Part shown: positions 26,504-40,196 of the stretch, one piece after another
Layout of the letters: each line of letters begins with the position of its first letter
Position numbering within the stretch: position 1 is the first letter of the stretch
Origin: Basidiobolus meristosporus CBS 931.73
Taxonomy: Eukaryota; Fungi; Basidiobolomycota
Direction: 5' to 3'
DNA: 64,000 nt
Assembly: GCA_002104905.1 (NCBI GenBank)
Contig: MCFE01000136.1
Span: 1-64,000 of the forward strand
Notes under the pieces: generated by a model
What the model was told of the DNA's origin: nothing
The model's input: the letters and a program-made list of their open reading frames with translations, nothing else
The model's database searches: none
Made by a program: the position numbers and the translations under genes

Positions 26504-28252
26504 GGAATGGACCAAAAGAGAGAGTTGGGCCTGGCTAACTCCGATGAGCTATTTATGTCGAAGAGAGCTTACCATTTGCTAGATCATTAGTGTCGAGCCA
26601 TATACATCCAGCAACAATATCCTTTCAATATACAGTCGAAAATAGAATCACCCAACAAATGAATAAAGTGCTAACCGTATTCAACAAGTTGCTTGGATTT
26701 GGTTCACGTTGAGTAATCCGGACGAGTCCCATCTAAAAGGTGCTATCTCAGGCAAGTGGTTTGATCTGTAACACACGAACATGCCAAGAAGTAGCCATCA
26801 TTAATTCACTTTGGACTGGAACCTGTCTTGAACATTATCATAGCAAGACCAACTACCTGATAAGTGTTGCTAATCACGTTTCTCAAAGGTGCTGCATGGT
26901 AACCCTTGGAATCCCCCGGTCTCAAGGTTGAGCCAGATTCATCCATATGGCATATCGCAGGTCAAATTTGCTCGTATTTAGCCTGAAAGCACAATTCTCT
27001 TACACAGACTAGCTTGTGGATAATGGGACATGAGGCAAATCGGAGGCCCTTGATCAAACCAATATAGAAGTGCCACAATGCAACCGTGCTCAGTATTAGT
27101 TACTACATCCATATTGGTTCCTGTTGCATCGAAATATATCTAATTAGTCCACCATGCGCTTGGAAAGTATCTGTACATAATCACTTGTCTGGTACATGTC
27201 GTGGTGATGGTTGGGGAAGTTTGTCCTCTAATCCAGTCGGCACTGGCTCACCAGCTTTCATTTGGCTTGTATTGAAGCTGTGTGCAGACAAATGAAGAGC
27301 TCAATGCTAAATGCTTGCCTGAGCTACGCTATCCCGCAATCTAACACTCAACCTTTGCGCTAACTCTTTATGAACTCTTCATGACAGGCTTACCCCTGCT
27401 ACGCATCACTGCACCCTCCCCTTAATCAGAAAACTACATGACTCTACATAGATCAAGATGTCACCAAAACCTCCATTAGCTAATACTACGCTTAATCGAG
27501 GGCCATTCGAGCCGGGGAGCTCGAAGATTACATTTGACATAGAGAGATCTATTCCATGATGTCTTGGGATCTCACGCATCAGCTGACCAGCTGAAATATG
27601 AAACCCGCCTGATTACAAGCTATGCAGTGGCTACCACAGCTTCTGTAGGCCACGATTGCCAGAGGAAAATGCAGCATTGATCTTTATATTTAAGTATATT
27701 TCTTCATAGCATTCAGAGACTCGTCGAAGGGCGTATGCAAAAGGTGACTTCGAGGAGATATTGTTCAATATATGAACGTCTGTGTGTAGTCCACTTGAGT
27801 GCTCACCAATTAGAACGACTCATTGATAACTCTCAGGTACGGGGTCCAGAATTAATTGCTGAGCGCATACTAGTTGTGCATTGAATCGTTAGCAGCGATT
27901 GCCGTAGAAAAACGCTGATATCTGCTTGGTCAGCCCCCAAGTCTTGCAGAAACTTTAGACAATTTTAGTTATCATGATAGTGAGTCCCCTGATTCAATAA
28001 CTTTTTGTTTGAAAAAGTTCCGATCATACCTATGAGCTGCCTAGTTCTGCTTTCAGCTCCTTTTAGGTTAGCTTTATACTCATCAGCATTACTTTCTAAC
28101 CCAACAAATCCTATCTCTCGGACTCCCCAACTCCCCTTCGCTCCACGACTTTACTCCCGCTCGGAGTCAAAGCGCTAGAATACATCGAGGAAATAGACTC
28201 CTCTCTAGAGCCCCCATCGTACCCATAGATTATCTCCAACGCTTAACTGGTT

Positions 28253-30796
28253 ATGTTCTTGGCTGCCAGAAGCAGCAAGGTAGGCTCGGTCAGTGAAAAG
28301 CCCCAGCCAAAAGAGCCGTACCCCCCTAACAGTAAACCTGCTCCTACACAAGACCCGCCTCCAAAGACGACGTTCAACAATTTTCCATGGTTCAAAGAAA
28401 AATCTGAGAGTATTCAACACCCCATCACCCTTCCGGCTAATTATACCAAATCCTCTGAGGCCTTAAGTTTTCCCCATATCACCAGTACATCAGAGATCCT
28501 TTCGAGCAAGAACAGCCCGTCAACTCCACTAACGAGAAGTTCCTCATACGATTCTAAATCGATATACAAGTCGATTCTATCGCAGAAGTTTGGGAAATTT
28601 CCAGCAAGAACGAAATCCTCCTGTTCCCTGCAGTCCTCGCAGAACTCCAGATTCAACCCCAATTGCGACTTTCCTCCGAACACTCATCCGGAGATGGACA
28701 CATTCAGTGTTGAAAATAGCACAGCTTCCACCGCTCTAGGAACGCTGGAATTCGCTCTGACTGATTCTGATTATTTCCGTAGACGCTGCGATAGTACCCA
28801 GAGCAACGTCTCACTGCGGTTCGACCCGAATATCTTGGATAACGCTTCTCCGCGTCTGATTCGAATCTGGCGACCGGAATTTACACCACCTGTGTTTACA
28901 GCCGCACCACCCTCGGCTTTACCATTTTTCAAGGGCAAGGAAGTGGTTAGAACACTTGGATTAATCCAGGTATACGAGCCATCCTCTGCAGAACTATTAG
29001 AGGCCTTGACCTCACCCCTTCTCCTGCGTAAACTCCAGGTGGAAATCCTCGAGCCCAGCTTGCGCAATACGGGGTCCGATTCCAACACGCTCTCTACCGA
29101 AGATCTTGGAGTAGGCGAGGAAAAAGTAATTGGCCCAGCCACCACCAAAAGCAGTCACCCCGAGACAAATGTACAAGAATCACCAACTACTACAAATATA
29201 GAATGGCCTTCTGACCATGACGACGTATCGTACGAGGTTGTTTTAGAAACCCGCAATGGCAAGACGATGATACGAGCATCTTCCCTGCGCTATCTGGTGC
29301 AAAAGCTGACCGAAGGCCAGAACGACCCCAATTTTGTGATGGATTTTCTACGCACCTGTCGATATTTCTCTACCCCTATAGATGTTACTCGACTTTTGAT
29401 CGTCCGGTATTTAAATAGTGCAATGAACATCAAGAGAAGGGCCAAGGATAGATTAGAAACCAAGATTCCCCAGAAGCAGGCGGCGAAGCAAGATGAATGG
29501 GACAATGGGATTCAGCTCCGCATACTCGATACCTTTCGAAAGTGGATTGACCTTTTCTACGAGGACTTCACCTTTCATCAAGATGTGACTGAGCTGTTGC
29601 TTCTGTTTCTGGATGAGATTGTGATATGCGACGAAAAGCGCACGCAATACTCTGATTGCATTTATGAGATAATGGGGGAACGAGATGTTATTCCGATAGG
29701 ATGGCTACTGCTCCCAAATAACGGTAATAAGGATTATCCACAGAGCTTGTATCACCGCTTCATTCAATCGAAGGATGGCTCGAGCTCCACCAGCAAGATA
29801 TCGTGGGGAATGAGGACAGCAACGCTCACTCCACCCATTGCCTCGTCCCCATTGACTGCATCATACACAAGAGACGTCAGCAATATTAGAGGCCCGATAG
29901 AGAGCTTATCGATTGCTGACATCGATCCCAAAGACTTGGCTCAACAACTGACCCTATTAGAGCAACGCTTGTTTGTTGCCATACATATCAATGAATTCTT
30001 TAACCACTCATGGTGTGACAAAGCGGTCAAAGACAAGATGGCCCCAAATCTATCAGGCTTTATACGATGGTTCAACAAGATCGCGTATGGTATTTCCGGT
30101 ATCATTGTCACGACGAGCTCGGCCTCGGCCCGTGTGACCATTGTAAAGCGCCTGATTCAAGCTGCACAAATCTGCCTGAAAATCCACAACTATAATGGCT
30201 GCTTCGAGATTGTTGCCGGTCTAGAACAATCGTCGGTTCAGAGACTAAAGAGACTTTGGAAGGCGCTTCCGAACAAGTATCTGCAAATATACTCCCATCT
30301 TACAACGGTGATCTCAAGAAGTGATAACCATCGAACTTATCGTACATGTCTTCAGGCCACCGGCGCGAGTGTACCAGTGGTGCCATATCTTGGTTTCCAT
30401 TTAACAGATTTGGTTTTTGCTGAGGACGGGAATCCTTCGTATGTGTCAGTGATCCCCACAGAGTATCTTTCATATTCAACCTTGAATCAGCACTCTCTGA
30501 CGCAACTAACCGAGCATGGAAGCACCGGAAAGAGCTCAAAAGCCAATATCTGTCTTGACCAAGTGCCTTCCAGCTGCTCCCAAGAAGCAGAAACTCAAAG
30601 TAAGCCAGTATTCTTAATTAATTTTGCCAAATTTCGCTTGATCAGCAAGATTCTGGGAGAAATCGTTCAATATCAACATCTGCAGTATGAATTCAATGAG
30701 ATTCCACGAATCCACGAGTTTCTAAAGAATGGGATGGTAATGTACTCTGAGGATGAATTGTACTTGTACTCGTTACAGTGTGAGCCGAAATCATGA
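28253..30796 (+). CDS. Ras guanine-nucleotide exchange factor (REM + CDC25 domains), single exon
   Basis: 847-aa ORF. REM: IRASSLRYLVQKL...FLRTCRYFSTP. CDC25: LAQQLTLLEQRLF, NYNGCFEIVAGLEQSSVQRLKRLW, VPYLGFHLTDLVFAEDGNP, INFAKFR. Confidence 0.93.
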   Translation: MFLAARSSKVGSVSEKPQPKEPYPPNSKPAPTQDPPPKTTFNNFPWFKEKSESIQHPITLPANYTKSSEALSFPHITSTSEILSSKNSPSTPLTRSSSYDSKSIYKSILSQKFGKFPARTKSSCSLQSSQNSRFNPNCDFPPNTHPEMDTFSVENSTASTALGTLEFALTDSDYFRRRCDSTQSNVSLRFDPNILDNASPRLIRIWRPEFTPPVFTAAPPSALPFFKGKEVVRTLGLIQVYEPSSAELLEALTSPLLLRKLQVEILEPSLRNTGSDSNTLSTEDLGVGEEKVIGPATTKSSHPETNVQESPTTTNIEWPSDHDDVSYEVVLETRNGKTMIRASSLRYLVQKLTEGQNDPNFVMDFLRTCRYFSTPIDVTRLLIVRYLNSAMNIKRRAKDRLETKIPQKQAAKQDEWDNGIQLRILDTFRKWIDLFYEDFTFHQDVTELLLLFLDEIVICDEKRTQYSDCIYEIMGERDVIPIGWLLLPNNGNKDYPQSLYHRFIQSKDGSSSTSKISWGMRTATLTPPIASSPLTASYTRDVSNIRGPIESLSIADIDPKDLAQQLTLLEQRLFVAIHINEFFNHSWCDKAVKDKMAPNLSGFIRWFNKIAYGISGIIVTTSSASARVTIVKRLIQAAQICLKIHNYNGCFEIVAGLEQSSVQRLKRLWKALPNKYLQIYSHLTTVISRSDNHRTYRTCLQATGASVPVVPYLGFHLTDLVFAEDGNPSYVSVIPTEYLSYSTLNQHSLTQLTEHGSTGKSSKANICLDQVPSSCSQEAETQSKPVFLINFAKFRLISKILGEIVQYQHLQYEFNEIPRIHEFLKNGMVMYSEDELYLYSLQCEPKS

Positions 30797-32476
30797 ACTT
30801 GGTACACCGTATGAGCCCAAACTATCCACATTCAAACTCGCTTCACATCTACTGTCGGCTATAGTATAACTCCATGTTACGTGTTTTGGATTCTCCGTGG
30901 GGGATTGCTCTTTGGCGCGTAAAAGCGGCCAATATCATTGCTCCTTGAGGTAGTGATAGACCTGTATTAATCGATGCTTCTATAAGCAGCATCCAAGTGG
31001 ACCCCGAGAAGCTCCTCGCAAAGAAGCGCAACACACTAGTTCCTACTGCTTACGAAGCACATCATTCTCATGACCAAATCATTTTTTTTTGAACATGCAC
31101 AAAAGGTCCTCCACGTATTGACACTCTAGTCACACACAGGTGATGGTACTCTATTTTGATCGATTAATTTCAAATCTACCGTATTATTCTATTGATTAAC
31201 TGATGTAATCTACCTACCTTCATAAATATTTAATTGTATCCAATGCTGACGGCACAAAATGCACACAGCGGTTGGGGCGAGGTGTGCGTAGACCTAACTG
31301 AATATATTGCGCAAGTTGTGTACCGAGGTATCACCTGCCTAGTTGGGGTATCAGTATACGGGCTACCTGGATACTTGAAGACCAATCTCTGCCCGTACTG
31401 TGCTAGCTTTAGTGGTGCATCGTTATTCAACAAATTCTCCCATTGTTTATGGCTACACGGTTTTTCTAGGCGTATCTTCAAAACCATTCACCAGATCTAG
31501 CTGAATGAGCCAATCAAATTATGCATTGTTGTAACGTTAAGCTTCTGAGCTTGAATCGATCTTACCGTCTGCTGTTGCTGGCACTACAAAGAGCTAACCC
31601 TATTGGCCAATAACCGGATCCTCAACAAGGTCGACAGCGACTGAAAAAAAGATGCAAAAATCAGTGATGCCAGATCTGGTTGCAGATGAGCTAAGGCCCA
31701 GAGAGACAACTGGTTACACGACCCTGCTAACTTAGGGGCAGTTTCCCAAGAATATGGGAGCAGTATCAGATGTGAGTTAGAGCTACCCATCATCCATGCG
31801 CTGGCTTGGGTGCATTCTTCAAAAGGAAGGTACACGCCTTTCCAACTAGGAGAACTCTGCAATCTGCTGGATTTATGAGCATTTTTCAACCTAAGCGAAT
31901 AACGGCCAACTGGCTAACCCAATTGATGGAATTGAGTAGGAAGCACTGGTTTCGATGTAGGGAACCGATAAATTTGGAAGGTTTAACTGAAAACGGACAT
32001 TGGTCCGTTTGTATTCAAGGACTCGGTTCAATCATTTGCCCATTTCTGGAGCTAGGATTCGAGAATTTAGCGAATTCCCCTAAATGGCTTATACCTATTA
32101 TATCTATGGTACTGCTCTGACTGCTTCGTTGCGGATGATATCGCCATTTTCAAGGTGCTCTTAACAGAACGAGGCTCTGGACTTGGTTGTGAGCTTGCGA
32201 TGTCGCAATAGGACGCAGTCATTGAACTCAATCCCCAGTATGACATCGGGACATGGATTCATTGGTATTTTCTGAAAAGGGAATTTCCTAAAAAATATTA
32301 CCATTAAGCTTATTGGAATCTGAATAGAGTTTTTACTCTAAACTCGTTAGCCATTCAAGTTGTTATTGATTATTGACCGTTCTCCAAGTCGGAGTGACAA
32401 ATATAAATACCGCTTGCTGTAATAGTCTATCCTCACCAATCCACAGTTCAACTCTGAGAGTTACAAAGCTACAATC

Positions 32477-32866
32477 ATGTTTGCCTCCAAAATCGCCCTT
32501 CTTATTACTGCTGTCGCTACATTCCAAGCCGGTCTTTCAAATGCCGCCCCAATTAGTTCAGGCAACTTCAAGGGTGAGGGCACGTTCTATGCCCCTGGAC
32601 TTGGAGCTTGTGAAGTTACCAGTGGCCCTAATGAATTGATTGCTGCCCTCAACGCCCCTCAATACGGGAATGCACCCAGAGGTTCTGACTCATGCTTCAA
32701 ATGCGCTTCCGTGACTGGTCCCAAGGGGAGTGTTAAAGTAAAAATTGTTGACAAATGCCCAGGCTGTAAGCATGGGGATCTTGATCTTAGCCCTGCTGCA
32801 TTCAACAAAATTGCCAACGAAGCTGATGGCAGAGTTTCGATATCCTGGACATACACCAGTTGTTAA
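32477..32866 (+). CDS. Secreted RlpA-like double-psi beta-barrel protein (expansin/loosenin-like)
   Basis: Signal peptide, GEGTFYAPGLGAC, IAALN, CFKC, VKIVDKCPGC...DLDLSPAAFNKIA, G...ISW. Confidence 0.9.
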   Translation: MFASKIALLITAVATFQAGLSNAAPISSGNFKGEGTFYAPGLGACEVTSGPNELIAALNAPQYGNAPRGSDSCFKCASVTGPKGSVKVKIVDKCPGCKHGDLDLSPAAFNKIANEADGRVSISWTYTSC

Positions 32867-35755
32867 ATGTATCATATTGATGCTAGATTCCTGGAGACTG
32901 GTATCTCCTGGAGAGTCCTGTAAATCCCAAAATGTTGGTTCAGTTCTGTGAACATAAGAATAAACAGCAATTTATCACTATACATAATCTGTCTATCAAA
33001 GTGCAGACTTGGTGCATGTTAATCCACTTGAGATTCCAAATAGTCTCTTCCGGATGTGACAATCGTAACTAATCAAATGAGGCGAGTGATAGGAAACGAG
33101 GTCTCCAAACTCAACGGCAAACTTACCAATGCTTAGTGGTTAGATCCAATGAGAGTTTGGAAGCCACGTGGAGGAAATTTGCATTCAGTCTGTTCCTTGG
33201 TCTTTGACCGATTTTCTGCATTGAAGCGGATGATGTAATTCCTTGACTAAATTTGATCAATATCAACTTGGAAGCTCGACCAAATTGGGCGATTGGACAT
33301 AGTAACCTGATTGATTTGGAAAGATTCTAGCCAACATCTGACGATACACTAACATGGAAATCAACTTCTATAGCCGTAAGTATATTTCCACGGCAATCTT
33401 CTGGGACTTGTGTAGCTTAAAAAGTGACCAACAGTAACCCAACAACTCAATTTGGTGAGTCAATGGCGTATTGGCTACGAAGGCATCTATTAAACATGGC
33501 CATCCACTGGAATCTTAGCACAAATGCTTAGAAATCTCTACGACAGATAAATAAGCATCAATCTCGAAAACTATGTCAGGTAATCCACATATGACCGTCC
33601 CAAGGCTGCTCGAAGTTGTCAATCAACTATGGACGTCCATTCGCAATAGCAATCAACATCGTGTTCGGATTCCAATTCATACTTTTTGATTTAATCACAT
33701 ATCTAAACAGTCAATTAAACCAAATGACTCATTCCAATGTCGATCAACAATACTCATGTAAAGCGTGGTTTCAGATGAAGTTTTTGCCCAACTCCCAAGT
33801 TCATCCTGAATATATTTTTACGGAGGGCTTTTGCCAATATTTGCGGTCGCAATATCAAATGTAGTGTTTTTTCTAGGTATGCGATGCCCTTCAGTTGAAA
33901 ATTGGAGCATCATGGTAGCTGGTTGGTTGCGAATGGTTCTCGCTAGCCTAGCGCAAACAACTTGGCTACTTTTGGTCTGTGTTGTAAGGCCTATTTGTGG
34001 GCCTACTATTTATCTCATTGTCTCACGGCCATAGTAGAGTCTGGGTAGCAAGAATACACGGGGATCTAGGTGGCGTCACCGATGCCCAAATCTGCATGAC
34101 AAAGTAGACTCAAGTCTGACCACCCTTTTTCCTCATGAAGTATTATCTATGTAGTGAGGATAGTTAATCCAGGAGGCTGCAGAGATCTGTTTAGTGGATA
34201 TTTAGTTGAGTACGAATTAGAGTTAGCTAAACGAGGCTTAACATGATGGGACCGTAGCACATCACAGTCACCAATGTTGAATGATCCAACTCATGTTAAA
34301 ATGTGATTGTGTCTCACATGAAACACAAATGAAATGTTTCCTCACGCTCTTTATCCACTAAGCTCTGTTACGGGGTTTCGGGTGGAAATCAACGAGTCAC
34401 ATCAACCAGAATAGGCCAAGGCTCCTCTCCCGTCGTGCCAGCAGAATATTGCCATAGGGCACCGTTTGAAGAGAGGAGGTGCTGTTGTTTACATTCAAAA
34501 GGCCTAATTTTCCCCTTCTCGCCCTTTCTTGGCGGTCCTCGTACCTCGAACAAACTTTATTTGTAGAGCAAGAGTCACTTACCCATGTTCCTTAGCATTT
34601 ACCCACAGAGACGTATTGTGTATGTCACAAGATACCAAGTAACCACCAATCATGCTGGCTCAGATGCGTGCCACTCTCAGTGCAGGTGAATATGTTGTCA
34701 AGAATGTATGGTGTGAACATTTCGCTGCACGTGATCCCGCCCATTCCTCGATGGATCCCTGAAGCTTCGATCACACCGTGTGAAAAGTGGAGGAGGACTG
34801 AAAATAGCCATTAGTCGCCTCACACAACACATGAGAAATCGCCAACCAGGACGATATTTCATACTGAGTTTGAATACCGCTCTCTTCGCTACCAGAGCTA
34901 CAAGCACTTTTTATCCCCAAGCCTCAAATTCTTATGGGGATTTGAGACAGTCGTTGTCCTCTGAGTCAGGGCGCATTGATCGCATGTAAAATCTGTCGTA
35001 TCAGGGCCCAAACCTCAGGCTTAGCACCACAAGACTGGATGTTTTAGTTGTACTATGGAGTGGATATACATCAAGTGACTCGGAAGCTCTTCCGTGGGAG
35101 CGTTTTGCACCTCCTGAAATCCCAAAAAGAATGTTTACAACGGACATTTTCGCACACATTGTTACGAAGACTGATTAGCAGTCACTAGTCACATAGGTTG
35201 TGAGAAATTTAATATATGTCCATGCATAATCAGGGGCTGAGTCGTATTTATAAGGCTTACATTTATGGTAACATAAAAGACTGGATTTTCTCACATTCGT
35301 TTGTTGGCCAAACGAATCAAATGGTAGAATGACTGTGAAAGCCAATAACCGAACAAGCACCTGGAATGGGCAGTCAATAATGCTCATGGTTTACACTTAT
35401 TACGAATAGAGTAGCTTTGTTAACTCCAGAATTCGCACAGCTCGTTCAGAGGTCTCGTGAAGACTAACAGGTTATTCCCTTGTTTGCTTTAATTACGTGT
35501 ATTTAGCTGTTGTTCCATCTGGAGTATTCTCCAATCATGCTAAACTGCTACCTGACCCTTGGATCATAGCCATTTGCCATATTTTAGAACAGAATTACTT
35601 ATACTTTTATGCACCTATAAATTGCGAGGCTCTGTCGCAGCGTATATACTTACAGCTAAACCAAACCTTCATTCAGTATCCGAACTAAAGTGAAAGGAAA
35701 TTGATTGTCCTTTGATATAGTTATCCGTGTACCTCGCTGAGCAATCTTTCCCACC

Positions 35756-38700
35756 ATGTCTATGTTAGTTCGTTTCTCTACTCAACAGGGCAAAAGAGCA
35801 GGCAGCCGCGCCAGCACTCTCTCGTTCCAAAGCAACCTACTCGGACCCATCAAGAGAAAACCATGTATTCTGGCTCCTTCTACCACTTCATTGAGTCATC
35901 GGAAATACCATGTAGATGGAACGTATGGTTATAGAGCTCCCAGGAGATTTACTCTGCCTGATTGTAAGTGGCTTGCAATTGACACCTTGCTGCTGGGCTG
36001 TCACTAATTCTTCGAGTCAAGATACTGCAGAGGAGCTTGCCAATCAAGCAGAAAATGCCAACCTACTCCGACTTGTTCAGGCGTACAGAGCCTATGGTCA
36101 TGAGAGCTCGGTTCTTGATCCTTTAGGCCTTGAGAAGCATGAGTAAGTGAATTCAACCAGACCCCTATACTGCCAATCAATACTGACCGAAGGTTACTTC
36201 GTGCACTTCAGAGCCAGTATAGAGCTAGATCCAAAACGCTACGGGCTCAATGACGAGAACAAGAAATACAACCTTGCGGGTATTCTCCATGTCAACGAGT
36301 CCAAAAGCTCGAAAGCCCCCTTGGACGAGGCGGATCTGAAGACCGTGATCGGGCACTTGAACAAAGTTTATTGCGGAAGAATTGCCTACGAATTCATGCA
36401 TATCCCTAACGTGCACGAGAGAAACTGGTTTTCTCACCGGGTGGAGTCTCTACAAAAAAAGCAGCCCACCGCGGATGAGAAACGCAGAATCTACGAGCTC
36501 CTGGCTCGGTCGGAGGCGTTCGATCACTTCATGGCCAAGAAGTTCACTCAAGTCAAGCGATATGGCCTTGAGGGTGGGGAGAGTATGATGGTGGCTTTGG
36601 ATAAGTTGTTTGAAACTAGTAGCAAATCTGGGATCGTCGAGGTCATCCTTGGTATGCCACACAGAGGTCGTCTGAATCTACTCACCGACCTTCTTCAATT
36701 CAACCCAACTGCACTCTTCCACAAGGTCAAGGGTAATGCCGAGTTCCCCGAGAGCCTTCCAGCTACTGGTGATGTCATTTCTCACTTGGCCAGCTCCCCT
36801 TATCTTGATTATGGGGCTGAAAAGCCGCTCCATGTCTCCATGCTTCATAATCCCTCGCATCTCGAAGCGGTTAACCCTGTGGCAATGGGCAAGGCTAGGG
36901 CCAAGCAGACATTCCTCTACGAGCAAAAAACCGAGAAGGAATGCTTCATTGGAGATAGAGTGATGTGTGTGCAGCTCCATGGAGACGCAGCATTTACTGG
37001 ACAAGGCGTGGTTATGGAAAGTTTGGGTCTTTCGAACCTTCCACACTTCACCTCCGGTGGCTCGGTTCATATTATTGTGAACAACCAGATCGGTTACACC
37101 ACCCCTGCAATCAACGCCCGCTCCACCGTTTATACATCCGATATCGGTAAGATGGTCAACGCCCCCGTGCTTCATGTGAATGGAGACTATCCTGAAGACG
37201 TTGCTCTTGCCGCCACGATCGCCGTCGAATATCGCAACAAATTCCGCAAGGACATCATCCTCGACTTGATGACCTACAGAAGATGGGGCCACAACGAACT
37301 TGACGAGCCTGCATTCACTCAGCCACTCATGTACCAAACCATCCGTTCCAGAAAATCGGTTCCCCAGCTTTACGAAGAGAAGTTACTGGCCGAGAATGTG
37401 CTGTCGTCAGAGGAGGTTAGCAAGTTCAAGCAGGATTACCTGGGCAAGTTAGAGGGCGATTTCCGTGCCGCCGAGACTTTCAAGCCAGAACCCGACCACC
37501 TCAAGGGCAAATGGTCATCGATGATTCTACCCACCGAGACCGTCAGCAAGCTGGATACTGGTGTGGATGCCGATACCTTGAAGTTCATTGGAGAAAAATC
37601 GGTTCAAACCCCGGAGGGTATGGTGGTGCATCCCAGACTACAAAAATACCACGTCCAGAATAGACTGCAGAAGCTGAAGGACGGTAAGAAGATCGACTGG
37701 GCCACCGCTGAGGCATTGGCCATAGGATCCCTTCTGCTCGAAGGATACCATACACGCATTAGTGGGCAGGATGTTGGTAGAGGAACATTCAGTCAACGTC
37801 ACGCTATGTTGGTTTGCCAAGAGACCGAAAATAGCATCATTCCGCTGAACAACATAAGGGAAGACCAGGCCAAATTTGAGGTCGCCAACAGTAGCTTAAG
37901 TGAGATGGCAGTTCTCGGCTTCGAGTACGGGATCTCCATCGAGTCTCCCAACAGTCTTAACATCTGGGAAGCCCAATTCGGCGATTTCTATAACTCCGCT
38001 CAAGTCATCATCGACACTTATTTGTCGAGCAGTGAGACCAAGTGGTTGAGACAATCTGGTCTTGTGATGTTGCTTCCTCATGGGTATGATGGTGCAGGTC
38101 CGGAACACTCCTCCTGCCACATCGAGAGGTTTTTACAGCTCACCAATGATCGTTTCAACGTGTTGGATCCCAACATCCCGGTTAACCCCAACATGCATGT
38201 CGTAAACCCAACCACTCCTGCGCAGTACTTCCATTTGCTGCGACGACAAATGAAGCGCAATTTCCGCAAGCCACTGATTGTTGCTGCTCCCAAGGTGCTC
38301 CTGAAGTCGCCTGTAGCAATTTCCGCCATTGAGGATATGCAATCTGGCACAACCTTCCTTCCAGTGTTGGGCGACAGCACCATCAGTGACAAGTCTGGCG
38401 TGGAGCGAGTTGTCTTTGTCAGCGGAAAGCTGTACTACGAATTAAGCAAGGAGCGCGCTTCCAAGGGACTGGATGGCAAGGTGGCTCTTGTTCGGGTTGA
38501 GGAGCTGTGCCCCTTCCCCAAAGAAGACATCGAGGAGGAGTTGAGCAAATACTCAAACGCCACCGAGTTTGTTTGGTGCCAGGAGGAGCCACAGAACGGT
38601 GGGGCATACACTTTCATGGCCCCCAGACTTGAGCAACTTCTCCCCAAGAGCAGCAAGGGTCTACAATACGTCGGTCGTGGGCCATCTGCTGCCCCTGCAA

Positions 38701-38804
38701 CCGGCATAGCCACCGTGCATCGCCGTGAGCAGGCCCAGATTTTAACGGAGTGCTTTGGGAATTTGAACGATTCGTTTTCAACGCGATTCTCTGCATCTGC
38801 ATAA
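35756..38804 (+). CDS. DHTKD1: 2-oxoacid dehydrogenase E1, DHTKD1-type (2-oxoadipate dehydrogenase), mitochondrial, two 5' introns
   Basis: Arg/Ser-rich presequence, YRAYGH, KRYGLEGGESM, MPHRGRLNLL, HGDAAFTGQG, RRWGHNELDEP and WEAQFGDF. The KRYGxEGxESM and NNQxGYTTP..RS.Y.SDIGK variants are closer to DHTKD1 than to OGDH/Kgd1. Confidence 0.85.
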
Positions 38805-39095
38805 TTATTTCCACCCTGTGAATCCATCTTTCGTGTAACATACAGGCTCATCACTCGTCGAACCTCACTCGCGTTATAATATACCATACTCTGTACACAA
38901 GAGTGTATACGGAATAAATCCATAATGTTTGATTGATGAATTCTATTGATACTTCAAACGTGTTCTTGGCATTCTCTGGCAATCCGAGGGAAATTCTAGT
39001 TCGCTGAGGATAGTGCAACGAGCGGTAACAGGTCAGGTATCAAACCGTATCATAATGGCCCAGGAGTGTTTGTACAAGTGGAGGGGGGTGGCATG

Positions 39096-40196
39096 CTATG
39101 GGAAGAGTTGTAGATACTCCGCGACAAATGCGCGTATGAGTAGACTGAAATCGAGGACGGTGTCATGGTCGATTGCATCAGCATTATCACTCATCTGGTG
39201 CCATACTTCTGGGAAGAAGGCAGGAATCAGATGTACGATGGGAACTCCCTTGCTTAAGAATGGTCGGTGATCATCATCGATGTAACTACCATAAAGTTCT
39301 GGATGAAAATATTCCGCCGAGTTGCTAGCACTGACTGAAGTAGATAGCAGGTCAAGCTCCGCAAGACGCTCCTCTAGCTCCACGAACTTCCCAAACTCGG
39401 AGGTGGTTGAAGTCTGAAGATTCCATATAGTCGAACCTCTAACCCCGATGAGGTCCAGAAGAACGAACAACTCGATTGCCTGGATCCGAGTGGTGTTTTT
39501 GTCATTGGGCAGCGGTGTCTTCGACCATCGATCTGCCAGATGTCGTGCTCCGTAAACGGAGTCTGACAATGACCAACTCACGACCGCCTCCTCCCCATCA
39601 AAGAAAACCATCTCCAAGCCGACATCCCGTTTATTACTGTTCAACAACAGCTTGTCTAACGCTAGGGCAACATCCAGGAGAATAGCGCACGATACTGCTG
39701 AGTCTATGGCCCCGATAAATCCGCCTTTTCCCAAGAATTTCGAATCGAAGTGAGCAGCGAGAATCAACTTCCTCGAGGCTTGAGGGGTTTTGGATGCGAT
39801 GATGTTGTTAAAAGATTTAATGCCCAAAGGGGTTGTGTCATTAAACCGGTCTTCCTCAACGTTCCAGCCAAGCTTTCGGAAGTGACTTTTTATGACCTCC
39901 TGCACACGCTTGTTTGCTTGTGTACCAGACACACGAGGGACCAAAAACGGCTTCAAAAGAGCGCCATCCACTCGGAGTCTGTCTGGCACGGATAGATCGC
40001 GTAAATACTTCAAATCCTCCCCACGCAAACCTGCTTCTAGGACCTGAGCTTCGGCTATTTGTTCGTTGGAAGCTTGTTGTTTGAACGAGATCAGGCTAAA
40101 TGTCGACCTGGTGGTAAATGTGAACCATAGTATCCCTGATATTCCCAATATGATGACGGTGATCAGGACCTTCTGATTTCTTGGAATCGAGGCCAT
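39096..40196 (-). CDS. Glutaminyl-peptide cyclotransferase (peptidase M28 family), type II membrane anchor
   Basis: LAAHFDSK, GAIDSAVSCA, FFDGEEA, DSVYGARHLA, LLDLIG, IDDDHRPF, FPEVWH. Confidence 0.9.
   Translation of the reverse strand: MASIPRNQKVLITVIILGISGILWFTFTTRSTFSLISFKQQASNEQIAEAQVLEAGLRGEDLKYLRDLSVPDRLRVDGALLKPFLVPRVSGTQANKRVQEVIKSHFRKLGWNVEEDRFNDTTPLGIKSFNNIIASKTPQASRKLILAAHFDSKFLGKGGFIGAIDSAVSCAILLDVALALDKLLLNSNKRDVGLEMVFFDGEEAVVSWSLSDSVYGARHLADRWSKTPLPNDKNTTRIQAIELFVLLDLIGVRGSTIWNLQTSTTSEFGKFVELEERLAELDLLSTSVSASNSAEYFHPELYGSYIDDDHRPFLSKGVPIVHLIPAFFPEVWHQMSDNADAIDHDTVLDFSLLIRAFVAEYLQLFP

Noticed and set aside
33225-33312. ATGATG...CTGA spacing like a C/D snoRNA
   Set aside because: Imperfect C box, no terminal stem and no rRNA-complementary guide that I could identify.
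34434-34445. GTGCCAGCAG, the start of a universal SSU rRNA motif
   Set aside because: Only 10 nt match and the flanks are not rRNA.
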